From Hyaloraphidium curvatum SAG 235-1 (taxonomy: Eukaryota > Fungi > Monoblepharomycota): a stretch of DNA of 64,000 nt. The DNA lies in the NCBI GenBank assembly GCA_025558095.1, contig JAIVFI010000002.1, positions 434,001-498,000 of the forward strand, given 5' to 3'. The notes below the pieces were generated by a model. That model had not been told where the DNA came from, made no database searches, and saw only the letters and a list, made by a program, of their open reading frames with translations. How positions within the stretch are numbered: position 1 is the first letter of the stretch; each line of letters starts with the position of its first letter. Position numbers and translations under genes: made by a program. Positions 1 to 13,422 of the stretch are shown here, one piece after another.

Positions 1-1564
1 GATTATGCCTCCCAGAACGTTTCCCTTATCAAGGCCCCAATTCTCGACGATCTTGGCCAGGTGGGGCTTCAATCCCCTCTTGATGCTGCCGTTCGTGTCC
101 GGGACGCCATCCATGCAAAGAGTCAAGAATTCTTCCTCAGAGACGGCTGCAGAGAGGTCCACATTGCGTCCGGCCGTAGTGGCAGCCCAGATCTGGGGCA
201 AGAATTGGCGGGTCAGAGTGCAGTCGCACAAGGAGGCGCCCCCATCCGCGCGACCTACCCGACCCAAAAGCGCGTTCCTCGATGCCAGTCCTTCCGCCTG
301 CACTTCAGCGCCATTTTCCTGAGCGGGAGCCGCGTGTTCGGCCTCCGGCGTGGGGTCCAACCGGTCGGGAACTGCGCCGCCCCGTGAAATGAGCCCCGCC
401 GCCGCCGCCGCGTCCTCGCCCCTTACCGTGCTCGCTTTCGCCCTTGCAGTGCCCTGCGTCATGCTCAGCGCGGTTTCTGCACATTCTTGCTGTTCTAGAC
501 GCGATTGTGTGTCGTTTTCGTTTTCTCTTGCTCGGCGAATCCGATCAGCCTCTTCCTCGCTCAACCTCACGCAGTGCCGAAACGTCGGCCCCAAATCCAT
601 CGCCGCAATTTCGGCAATCGCCCTTTCTATCGATCTGACCAGCTCCTGGACCGTGGACGGGCAGTCCTTGCGGACCCTGCTCTTGATAATCCAGAACACG
701 TGTCCAGCAGGGTCAAACTCGGGCGATCGCGGCCTCAAATAGACAATATCCAGGCCGTTCCTGCGAGCTACTTCCTGGACTGCTTGGTAGGCCTTGCCAG
801 TTTTCTTTTCGACGCAAGATCGGGACCCGTCGGGCCTCCGGACGGTCTGCCAGGGGGAGCCGTGGAAGCCCGCGTTGTCGGCGATGACCTTGACGGGACC
901 AGTGCTATCGCCCGCCTTGACGGAAGGCGCAGAATCGCTCGGTGGTCATGTTGCCCTCGTAGATCACATAGGATACTATGTTGCCGCCAAAGTTGCCCTC
1001 CCTCGGCGTCATGGAGACGCACAGGCAGAGGAACAGTTTCTTCCCGCGACCGGAAGGCAGCTCGATGACCGCACGCTCTCCCTCGGAAGCATAGCCGTAG
1101 GAAAGGGGCTCGTTGATGTGGAACGACGACTCGTCGAGGGCGAGCAGGTTGCCCGACGCGGCTGCAGCCTGAATGGCCTCGTTGAAGTCGAGATGGCGCT
1201 GCGGCTGCTCCAGTCGCTCCACGTTCCTGATAGTTAGCCGCTTCCGAGTAATCTTTCGCGCCCGAAGCAGCCGCGAGACGTGCTGCTGACAGATGGAGAC
1301 GCCGAACTCCTCCTTCACAGCCCTTGCCAGCTCCTTCTGCGTCACGACGACCCTGCTCGTCGCCATCTTGACGATGAAGTCGACGACTCCAGCTGTCACT
1401 TTACGGGGTTGTGCCGAGCGTTCCCCCGACCGAGGAGCGTAGCCGTCCCGAAGGTAGTTGCGGACCATTCTCGGCGAGACCTCAACGACGGCGCCAATTT
1501 CGGCGACGCTCATCTGAGTGCGCTGCCGCAAGCGCTGGGCAACGAGGTGCTTTGCGATTGACAT
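1..1564 (-). mobile_element. IS630/Tc1-like DDE transposase-derived gene; frameshifted, third catalytic residue E->G, long C-terminal extension truncated by the window edge
   Basis: ATG at 1564, then an HTH-like region (SVAEIGAVVEVSPRMVRNYL) and LLALDESSF (D at 1133-1135). After a 1-nt frame change near 922 come VKVIADNAGFH (D at 877-879) and VYLRPRSPEFDPAGHVFWIIK, matching the IS630/Tc1 LPPYSPELNPIE motif but with GGA at 703-705. The frame stays open to position 1 and contains a likely in-frame intron at 193-258. Confidence 0.8.
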
Positions 1565-1672
1565 TGTCCCGCAGGTTTGGTTGAACGTGCGCGGCGCGAC
1601 CTTGCGGAAATACAGGGAGAGGCACTTGTGGAACTGCACCACGCAGTTGACACGCAGTTGAACCCGCGCCCG

Positions 1673-4079
1673 ATGGCGAGCATTCTCGCGGAACGCGTTG
1701 AAGAAATCCAGCGCGGGTCGAATGGCGCTCAAAGTAGCTTTAACTTGCTCGTTCGCGAGCTTATGCGGATCGCGGACCGCTTCCCAGGGGGCCTGAGCGA
1801 CTCTGTCATTCGTGGCGAACTGGAGCAGGTGCAACCTATGGCAGCCACGAAGTTGTGCTCCTGATGCATTGAAGTCGGCAGGTCGTATCCAGAGGACCAA
1901 GACGGACCCACGGTCAGCGCCGGCGGACTGTTGCGTATCCGCAATCTCACGGACTTTGCAGAGAGCGAACAGGCGGTCGGGGCATCGACTTCCGGAGCTG
2001 CTTACGCGGAATACGAGGCAAAGCTGCGAATTGTACCTGGCACAGAATTGCCCGTGCTGGTGCTCGAAGACAGGAGCAAGGCCTCGGTTTTCGAAGCTTA
2101 CTTGCACCAGCGCTTCATGCCACTGGCATCACAGCCGTGGCGGAATCTGGTGTTTGGGGTAAGTTGCTGCCCTTCTTGGTGGTGCGTCTCACCGACATCC
2201 TCGCAGGGCACCACAAAAGTGCGTCTTCGGACTACGGGGCAGAAGAGGGCCAGGCTTTTCCCGAGCGAGGATCTATTGTTCCTGCTGAACGATCCCAGCG
2301 AGCTTGATGATGCCGTGGAGTACGTGTCGGCCAGCGCCTGGCCCAGCGGGGGCCGGACGCCTGCCGTAAAGGCGCAAGTCACGCACATTCACATTCCGGA
2401 GACGTTATCGTCACCCGATGGCCCGCTTGAACGCGTTAGAGTCGACCTCTTGAACATTGACGACTCGGGCCCCATGCGCCTCGACTTGTGGGGACCGTCG
2501 GTCCGTTATTCGGACCTGCTGAAGCATGGGCAGCAGTACATCGTCGTGAATCCACTCCTGGAGCTGTCCTCAACGCCTCCGACGTTGGAGTACGCCAGCG
2601 CTACCATCATTTTTCAGATCCCGACCGCGCACCGGAGTCTGGTCTCGCTGCGGAGTCTGGTCTCGCTGATTCCAGGTCGCGCGGCGAAAGACTCTGATTC
2701 CAGGTTGGTTGCTGTGTACAGCTGGAAAGGGAACCTGCGTTTGCCCGGAGGAGCTGAAGGCAATGATCGTCGCTTGTTTGCATTTAGCACCAACGTGTGC
2801 CGGCTTCAGACCCTCGCCGCGAGCACTTCGAGTCGCGTATCGAAGACGCTTGCCGGCTTGCGAGACATGTCTCAACATCCGGAGAGGCTCATGATCTCCG
2901 ATCTCGAAGAAAACATGCGTGGTGTGACTCTTTTGGGAAGGGTCTCGCTCGTGCGTGGGCACGTGAGTGGGGTGGCTCCATTTGGTCGGCGAGGTGCTTG
3001 ATTGTTTCGCAGCTCTCAATGCGGGGGGCGGACAGCGATGATCCAAAGGCCTCAAACGCCTGCATTCGGGTCGTGGACGAGACTGGATGTGAGTTCCTGG
3101 GCATCCTTCAACCCTTCAGCGTCTCGACATTCAGGCCCGCAGCACGGGTCGACGTGACGCTATGGGAAGGGCTAGCTGCGTGCGATTTCGAGCCTGGGCA
3201 CGTTCTGCTCCTCGAGAACTTGTGGTCAAAGCTGAGCGCATCGCGACGTCTCGTGTTGTCGGCGGCTCCAAGACACCAAGCATCATTGAAGAACAGTGGG
3301 TAAAACTGCGCCACGAAAGTGTAAGCCAGCCGCTGATTGCAGACTGTGCAGTCTCCACATCACGATCGCTGCTCTGTTCGCCATGGCTTGTGCGCATGGT
3401 CACTTTGGCCTCAGCACAAGACGCCGAGCTCCTCAACATCACGGCTCGCGCAACGATTGTGGGCTGGAAGGCAGTTGGAGACGCGTTCACGCACCCGATC
3501 CGTAGTTTCTTTGCCCAGTCATGTGCACTTCTCACGGCCTGACACTGCCATTCGCAGACGTCAAGTGCCGACGTCCGCTCAACGAACGAAACGGACCGGG
3601 GTTCTTCTGCAAGCACTGCGATGTCGATGCGGTGGAAGTGGACAACGTGCTTTCCGTCGCCTGGATCCTCGACGATGGGACCCGCCAAATCACCGCCATT
3701 GGACGGCAAAGTGTATCTCATGTCAGTGCAGGAGCCGGCGATCTTCTTTGCGCTCGTGACTCACGCACTCCATCACCCGGCAACTGAATGCTGACCCAGG
3801 AGATCTTGGGAATTTCGCCCAACGAGCTCTATTATCTTGCGGACGCCGAACGGCGCCGGGCGCTTCGTAAAGCTACAGGGACCGAATGGCTTTGCTCCCT
3901 GAGCTACAGTTACGGCGCGGATCGAGAGGTGGAGTTCATCATCGCGGTTCGAGATGGAAGCTCATCGGCAGATCAAGCCCCAGATTTACCTGGACAGCGT
4001 CGTACCTGCTCGAGACCCCGCCCTGTGGTTAATCGATCAGTGTCCGGCCACGCAATCAAGGACCGAAGCTCGCACGTGA
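1673..4079 (+). CDS. Multi-OB-fold protein with C-terminal Zn ribbon (CDC24_OB-like), multi-exon; boundaries approximate
   Basis: Motifs RLFPSEDLLFLL, RLDLWG, LEYASATIIF, DMSQHPERLMISDLEENMRGVTLLGRV, a CxxC-containing segment (FFCKHC), WILDDGT and ILGISPNELYYL resemble OB-fold ssDNA-binding proteins of the CDC24_OB family. Several GT-AG introns. Confidence 0.6.
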
Positions 4080-4154
4080 ACCGACGAAGGTCCTGAAGCT
4101 CGTTTCTCAAGAAAGCACGGACTTGGGCGCGCGTGCCTTCCCCTTATTTTGACT

Positions 4155-4663
4155 TCATTGCTCCCGCCATTGTGTTCCGCATTTCGGATTGGCGCATTTG
4201 TAGAATGTTGTCATGGGTTCGTCCGCGGATCGCGTCTGCACTTGGAAAAAGAAGGCACGCCGGTGCTCGCAGCGCGGACACAAAGCTGCCGAAGGTGATC
4301 AATAGAAAGCCGACCAGATCCAGATAAGCCGAACCATCGGTCTGGTCGACATTCTCCCAGGCTTTCTCCCCGCCGAGCACGTCGTCCAGCTCCTTGCGCT
4401 TAAACGTCGTCTTTGACGCGTGCTGCGATCGGAACCTCCTGTCGGTCCGCGTCGTCACAATAACTGTGGGCGGCACCCACGGTCTTCATGATCTCGAAGA
4501 CATAGGGGCATGTCTGGCAAAAGAACTCCTGCTGTCCGCTGGTGGAACCCGTCCGGAGGAGCAGCAGGTTGGAGCAATGAGGGCAGTACCACCTGCTCCG
4601 GTCAAATGGCAATCGAATCGATGAATGTCTCCGAAGGATCGCGAGTCCGGTGGACACACACAT
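4155..4663 (-). CDS. RPC11: RNA polymerase III subunit C11 (RPC10/RPC11), multi-exon
   Basis: WYCPHCSNLLL, FFCQTCPYVF, KRKELDDVLGGEKAWENVDQTD and the TFIIS-type ribbon QVQTRSADEPMTTFYKC; stop at 4155-4157. Confidence 0.92.
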
Positions 4664-4811
4664 CTGTTTCCTGCGAAAGGTTGAGCCGGCTTCGGTGTGA
4701 AAGGGAACGACGGTGGTAGTATTCGGCGGCCGCGGCCAGGTGCCCACGAAACTGACCGCACTCTCCGTCCCACCGCGCGCCGGCCACTCCTCGTCCGCGG
4801 CTGCTACAACC

Positions 4812-6764
<1,953 letters not shown>

Positions 6765-6851
6765 ATGTTGTACAGAGCCCTCGCACAGGATTACAGAAGG
6801 ATTATCTGAACGCGGAAGGGGACGGCGGTCCGAAGGGAATCAACCCTTTAC

Positions 6852-8228
6852 ATGCTCCGTTCTCGTACGGCTGCGTTCTTGCCATTCCTTGCCGCCGTTG
6901 CTTTCCTGTTGGCTCGCGAGGGAATTTCAACAACGAACTTTCCTCCACCGCCTCCTGGCAATGTTACTCGGCAAAGAGTGCTGCCAGGCACGATTGGCCC
7001 AGGTGGACCGGGTCGGGCTTGGCTGCTCCTCAACAACGCGCTCCTTTTCAATGGTCAAGTCCTCGTTCATTCAACCTCCCTTCCCATGGGTGCCCAAGCT
7101 TGGTCTTTGTGTTCAAATTTGACGCGCCGCGCCGGAGAATGCGAGGTTGAAGTCCAAGCAGTAGAACGGCTGCCCAACAACGGTTCGTTCACTCAGTACT
7201 TTCACGGCACTACGCTCGTTGCCGGCATTTTCAACTACCCGCATTACGGTCACACTCTCGGGAATGGTGTCTTCAACATCTTTGGCACGATAGTAGAGAC
7301 AGCGGCTTCACAGTCGTTTCACCGGATCGAACGGATTGCGCTCGATGCATGCAACGGAGCATATCGCCAAGCCCATTTGGCTCGCCATACTAGACGTGAC
7401 GGCACTGTGGATGTCCCCCAGCTGGGACCTTTGTTCAGTCTCCTCTCAAACGAAACACTAAGCTGGCGCTACTTGGTAAAGCAATCCAACATGAGCTCGA
7501 TGTTCTTTGAGCGCCTTGTTCTTGGTATTTCGCGTACCCTTGATCACTACAACGTAACTAACCCAAACTTGCTTCGAAGTTTCTCCGAAGTCGCTCGTTC
7601 GGGTCTTGCGCCAGGCAGCGGGGGCACAGCTTCGATATCAGGACCACGGATCCTTGTTGTACATCGAAATCACTCGCGAAGAATCTTGAACGAAGCGGAG
7701 CTACTTTCCAACCTCTCTGACTGGGCTCATGCCCTTCAGCCTCCTGGTGCCGTCAAGTCTACCCTTTTGGAGGGACTCTCAATGGCCCAGACGGTCACGC
7801 TCATGAGACACACGGATGTCCTTATTGGATTGGATGGGACCGGTCTCTTGAATGCAGTGTTTATGAAGTACCCATGTGGCGCCATGATTCGGTTGCAGAA
7901 CTTTGGTGGGGAAACGGTTCTTCCTTCGAAAGGCGAGAACTTTGATAAGGTTGCAAAAGCTGCAGCAGGACTGGCGTTGTTTTGGGAATGCAAAAGCCGC
8001 AGTTGTGCCGGACTCAAAGCTGCCCAGAGCAGAGAAGATGAGATTGCCCTCGAGGCTGCGGATACAAAGAACGAAAGTGCTGTGCAGGACCTCTCCTACC
8101 GGGACAAGTTTCGCTTCGTTGCTGGGCAAGACTTACGCGTTGATTGTGCGGAAGTGCTTCAGCTAGTGCAGCTTGCGTATAGGCGTCTCATTGAGCGTGG
8201 GTGTTTCAGTAGACTTCCTAATACCTAA
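6852..8228 (+). CDS. Intronless type II membrane glycosyltransferase, GT61-like
   Basis: N-terminal hydrophobic anchor; HYGHTL, ILVVHRNHSRRILNEAEL and MRHTDVLIGLDGTGLLNAVFM match GT61 (DUF563) motifs; visibly lower GC than the flanking genes. Confidence 0.75.
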   Translation: MLRSRTAAFLPFLAAVAFLLAREGISTTNFPPPPPGNVTRQRVLPGTIGPGGPGRAWLLLNNALLFNGQVLVHSTSLPMGAQAWSLCSNLTRRAGECEVEVQAVERLPNNGSFTQYFHGTTLVAGIFNYPHYGHTLGNGVFNIFGTIVETAASQSFHRIERIALDACNGAYRQAHLARHTRRDGTVDVPQLGPLFSLLSNETLSWRYLVKQSNMSSMFFERLVLGISRTLDHYNVTNPNLLRSFSEVARSGLAPGSGGTASISGPRILVVHRNHSRRILNEAELLSNLSDWAHALQPPGAVKSTLLEGLSMAQTVTLMRHTDVLIGLDGTGLLNAVFMKYPCGAMIRLQNFGGETVLPSKGENFDKVAKAAAGLALFWECKSRSCAGLKAAQSREDEIALEAADTKNESAVQDLSYRDKFRFVAGQDLRVDCAEVLQLVQLAYRRLIERGCFSRLPNT

Positions 8229-8491
8229 TACGTAGGGAAAGCTAGATGCGGGGTGTGCGGCTTTTTTGCGTCCACGAGCTCAGGGAAGGTCGTGACAACA
8301 CGAGGTGTCTGAACCATTCCAAGGCCATTGCCATCAAGAACGGTATCGGCGTGCACGCAAAGAAAGCAGTATGAGATTGGAGATCGTCGACCTTCTGCAT
8401 CGGAGCATTGCAGTAGCCGGGAAGATTGCTGAGCTCATTGATACTCGCACGTTGTGCCCACGAAGAGCTCTGTGCACGCTACATGATTTGA

Positions 8492-8764
<273 letters not shown>

Positions 8765-8816
8765 CGAAATGGCCTACAGAACTACCGAAGACCCGATAAA
8801 ATGGCACAAAACTCCA

Positions 8817-9614
8817 TTACCGCCTGATTGTCGACGCAGGGCGGCCAGCAAGCACAACATCATTGCCGAAGACCTGCCAGGCTACATCGTGTAAGCCATC
8901 TCCCCCTGGCGCGCCATGGGCAGAAAACTGTGGGCGAACACCGTGCCTGCCGACAAGGCGCGGCGCAATCGTCACAACCAGCGAATCCACGAGGGCTGGC
9001 CCCCGACCGACCGCGAGCTCGTCCAGAAGCGCGGCGATCACCGATGCCCCCCCCTCGATCATGACGCTGCGCAGCTCCTCTGCGAGTGCGAGCATAGCCA
9101 TCGCAGCGCGCAAATCTACGCGGCGACTGCCTTCCGCTTCGCTTGGCACGACGATCACCCTGCAACCCGCGGCTTCGAGGTCTCGCCGCCTGCTCTCGTC
9201 GTGCCGTTCGCCTGCCACGAGCACAGGAGGTCCGGAGGGATGCTCCATGAGCTTACAATCCACGGGAAACCGCAGCAGGGTGCTGTCCACAACGACCGGA
9301 CGGGGCTGCCGCACCGCAACGGCAGAACCGTCCCTCCGCGCTGGAGGGAGGTGCCGCACCGTGAGGCTCGGATTGTCGGCCACCACAGTCCCGACGCCGA
9401 CCAGTATCGCATCGTGGTGATTCCGAAGCACGTGGGTCATGATCATCGACTCTGGTCCCGACAGCGCTATCGGTCCGCGTCCGTCCGAGGATTCCGCGCC
9501 GATGCACCCGTCGAGGGACTGGGCAAAAGTCAGCGTCACGTGTGGTCGGACCTGATCCGAGGCTCTGGGAAGATAAGGAGCGAGGAAAATCTCTGCTGCT
9601 TCGAAGGTGTCCAT
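8817..9614 (-). CDS. RIB7: 2,5-diamino-6-ribosylamino-4(3H)-pyrimidinone 5'-phosphate reductase (RibD_C)
   Basis: RPHVTLTFAQSLDGCI, THVLRNHHDAILVGVGTVVADNPSL, QPRPVVVD, SVMIEGGASVI. Confidence 0.92.
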   Translation of the reverse strand: MDTFEAAEIFLAPYLPRASDQVRPHVTLTFAQSLDGCIGAESSDGRGPIALSGPESMIMTHVLRNHHDAILVGVGTVVADNPSLTVRHLPPARRDGSAVAVRQPRPVVVDSTLLRFPVDCKLMEHPSGPPVLVAGERHDESRRRDLEAAGCRVIVVPSEAEGSRRVDLRAAMAMLALAEELRSVMIEGGASVIAALLDELAVGRGPALVDSLVVTIAPRLVGRHGVRPQFSAHGAPGGDGLHDVAWQVFGNDVVLAGRPASTIRR

Positions 9615-9984
9615 AGCTGGCGGCCGGGCTGCGCATCCCGGGCAGCCAGTGCAAACAACACTTCAAATCTCCCCGAAGCGCTGCACAAGGTGAGTTGCGG
9701 AGGGGAAATCAACAAAGCAGAGAGTGTTTTGGCATCGTATGGTCATTCTCGGGCCTCAATCAGTCCTGCATGCGGACTTGGGACGAGGAGGAGACGGCCC
9801 CGCCCGGATGGCCCGAGCGGCGCGGCGCGGCCTGACTTGGAGGCTCCAAGCCTGTTTGATGCCCTTGATTGCACAAAACAGCGCTCTGCTAGTAGCCAAC
9901 GCACCGCAGGCGCAGTACGCCGGCCTTTTCCCCCGGTCTGCAGCTTATCAACAAACACTGACACGACGCTCCCCCAGCCACATC

Positions 9985-11496
9985 ATGCGCGGCCTCGCAG
10001 CAGCAGCCTTCCTCATCGCCCTCGCGACCCCAAGCTGCTTGGCGCAGGGCTTCAGGGAGAGCGCGCAGATCCCCCTGAACGACACCTCGACGGGCTGCGC
10101 CTGGTGTGTCATCGGCGTGAACCTCGTCGGCGGGAGTGAGCCGAGAGAGATACCCGCCGCTTCGTACTTTTACGAGAGAGCGACGCTCACTGCGTAAGTT
10201 TGTTGGCACAGTTCCACGGGCACCGCTGATCGTATCTCATAGTTCGTCGAACGTCACCACGAACTTGACAATCCTCTTCACGCAAAAGCAAGAGATCCAG
10301 AACGGCTCTGCCGGGTCGTCTGGGTCCGAGTTGATGGGCAGGATCCTGGCCGAGACCGACGGGCGGCTCGTCAACTGGGTGAACGCAGTCAACAACGGCT
10401 GGGCGTACAGCGGCCTCCGGATTTCCTCCTCCAACGCATCTGCAGACCTGGCGATTACACTCAAGCTCAACGCACTCCAGTTGCAGGGTGCCCGGAACAA
10501 CTCCGTCTTCCAAGGCGTGCCGGGCCGTTCGCTTGTCTTGTTCCGATTCGACCGCACCCTGAGGAATGTTGTTGGTCAACCGATCAGGAACGCGCTGAAC
10601 CTGAACAACGTCGAGAACCGTGGTCTCTGGGAGTACACCTACAGTCTATCCGAGGGCGAGTACATCTTCGTCGCGGTGAGTTGTGGGCCGTCGTCCGCAC
10701 GTGAGAAAGCTCTGAACATGCTCGCGTAGTACCCCAACACCTCCCGAATCCCTCAGGAGCTCACGAAAGATGTCTTTGTTCCTGGCGATTCCATCTATCG
10801 GACCTTCGGGTTCTGGCTGAAGAACCAGGTCCCGGCATCCACATTTGAAAAACTCTCTGTTGGACTCGCATCCGGCGAGCCTACCCAAATGGTCGTCGAT
10901 ACTGCCGTGGCCCAGACGGTGCCCAACAGTACCTACACCCTGCTGCCTAACGCAGCCTGGCAGATCCTCACGAATCCGGTGGTTGGACCCACCCAATTGT
11001 CGTCGAAGATAATGTACGCATACGACCAAGCAGACACCGCGGTGATTCCGGTAAGTGCGAAGTAGGTCGACGCCCGGCATTCATGCTGACCAGGGTGCAA
11101 TCCGATTAGGTGCAGCGCATGAACTTTGCTTTCTTCAACGGCACGGATTACGAGCCCCTGCCTTCCTACTACGATGGCAACGTGAGAGCTCGCCGTCTTC
11201 TCGGCGATCATTGCTGACACGGAGCACAGACACTCTTCACCAACGCCACCTTCGTTGGCAACGGCTGGACATCCCTCGCGATCACGAACCAGATCGGTTC
11301 CAACTTCTCCATCCCGGCCCCGACTACGAGCGCGACGGCATCCGCAACAAGCACCATGACCAGGACGGCATCGAAGACCATGCGCCCCGACGCCATTCCG
11401 GATGCGACAACGCAGGGAAGCGGTGCAAGCCGCCTGGCCTTCTCCCTTCTCCAGCTCGTGGCCCTGATGCTGACGGTTGCAATCATGCAGCTCTAG
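9985..11496 (+). CDS. Secreted, probably GPI-anchored Ser/Thr-rich surface protein, multi-exon
   Basis: Signal peptide MRGLAAAAFLIALATPSCLA; many N-x-S/T sites; Thr-rich stalk; hydrophobic C-terminus SGASRLAFSLLQLVALMLTVAIMQL*. Confidence 0.65.
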
Positions 11497-12027
11497 TATT
11501 TGCGAGAATTGAGTGTATGATAATCCCATCACCAAGTGTGCCGGCAAACGGAGGGAGAGGCGTGATGATTTTCCCGTCAATCTCCCCGTCCCCACCATCC
11601 CCGCTGCTACTGCGGAGGGGAGAGGAAAGCCTCCACGCTTTCTATTTAGCGGACATTGCGAATTTCGCGGATGTGTCGGCCGACGGACAGGACGACGCGG
11701 GGTGCAGCAGCGGGAATACTGGCTCGGCTCACATGGAAGCTGTCGCCGCGATGTCCGTGACCCTGCTACGTCGCCACGCGCGCATCTGAAGTGAGTTTGA
11801 AACGAAGCTGAATCGGATGGAGAACGCGCTCGTAGTAGCGCGTACGGCAACGCGACCTGCGGGCCGGCGCGTGCTCCAGCAGATGATGACTACAGATTAG
11901 GGACATCTGAGCTCTTTGAGGAAATCTGACCAGTGGAATGATAGTCCTGATGCTGCGAAGGCGGCGCGCGCGGGACAGCGGCTACTGGGGACCTGATTCA
12001 TTGATTCATTTTCGTTCCCGCACCAGA

Positions 12028-13204
12028 TCATCCAAGCAGCAATCCGATCAGGGCCGCTACAAGCATTGCTGCAGTCGAGTTCAGGCGGACAGCACTGTTG
12101 TCTGTGGTGGTTGCGGTTCGCGTGGTCGTCGCCGTGGGAACGCTCGTTGCAGAGGTGCCACTGGACGACGTCGACGAAGCTGAGCTCGGGACGGTCGTCG
12201 ACGTTCCCGATCCCGGCGCCACAGTTCCACCGAAGCCGCCCGTTGTCGGAGCGCCGGTAGCTTGACTGCCCCCCGATGCTGTTGTCGAGCTCAGACTCGA
12301 GGTCGACGATACAGTCGCCGATGCGGCCGGCATCGTGGTGTTCCGGAAAAGCGCGAGCACAAATTGGCTCACGTCCGATGGTAGATCGGCGAACGGAACG
12401 AAAGCCAGGATTGCCTGCATAGACATCAATCAGATGGCAAGTCTCAAGCCACAGCATGTCACATACGTTTGCTTCCGAATCGTAAAGGGTGTAGTCCGCC
12501 CCGCTTACGAACGTGAGAGGAATCGAGGGCCCAGAGAACCTGTCCATGGAGCTGTTAGCATTGAAAGTTGGCGCTGTCTGACTGGATGCGCACCCCCAGA
12601 TCAAATCCGATGCATCCTGGAACTCGCTGCCATCGTAGCGGAGGAATAACCAACCATCCATGGGTTTGGGGAGCAAGAGATCGATCTGCCAGTAGTTCGA
12701 TCCCACGGCACTGTCGATCCCGACTTGGCCGGGATCGCGCTCGTAAAGGACCGCCTCATCCGAACGGCGGAAGTGAGCTCCGACTGTCCCCGTCGTCTCC
12801 GGCGTTCCGGTGCTGCCGGTCGCGGACGCAAAGGTTTGTGATTGACTCGTCCCGGGAGTTGGATGTATCGTCACAGTAGAGGTGGGAGCGGGCGCGAGCA
12901 CCTCCTTGTAAACCTTCATTGCACTCTCTGTGCCGGTCGCGAAGCCGACCCAGAGTTTGTAAACGCCCTCGGAATCCCGCAAACGCCAGATACGGAGGTA
13001 GTCCGGCTCGTTGTTGATGTTGATCTGAACGGTCGCGATAGTCAGGCGGCGCGTGAACCCGGGTTCGAGTTGTCCCACCCATGACCCGTACTCGGCTTCC
13101 CCGTCCGGGACGTAGACGGTGCCAGCAACAGGCGCGTAGGTTCCATGAGTGGCTCTAGCTGCCACAAGAAGCCCTAGAAGAATGGCAACTGTCCACCTTC
13201 GCAT
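12028..13204 (-). CDS. Secreted, probably GPI-anchored Ser/Thr-rich surface protein (one intron near 12416-12467)
   Basis: Signal peptide MRRWTVAILLGLLVAARA; S/T-rich stalk; C-terminus NSAVRLNSTAAMLVAALIGLLLG*. Confidence 0.7.
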
Positions 13205-13422
13205 TTTGCGTGCTCTGATGCTGGCGCGGAAACCGGAAGGGGGACCAGGGTGCCAAGGCCTGTGAACGACGGTTCCGGCACCCCCGAAGGCCCGGAGGCA
13301 CGCACCGAGACCAGGCAATTTGGTCTTGCTGAATCTCTGTTGTACTGAGCTTTGGCCAGACACTGCTGGGTCAGTCGGAATTGCGGAAGGAGCATAAACA
13401 CCCCGCCACCAATCACAAAACA

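Noticed and set aside
1565-2107. N-terminal 180 aa of ORF 905-2107 as part of the transposase
   Set aside because: It overlaps the plus-strand OB-fold gene and recognisable similarity begins only at Met 1564.
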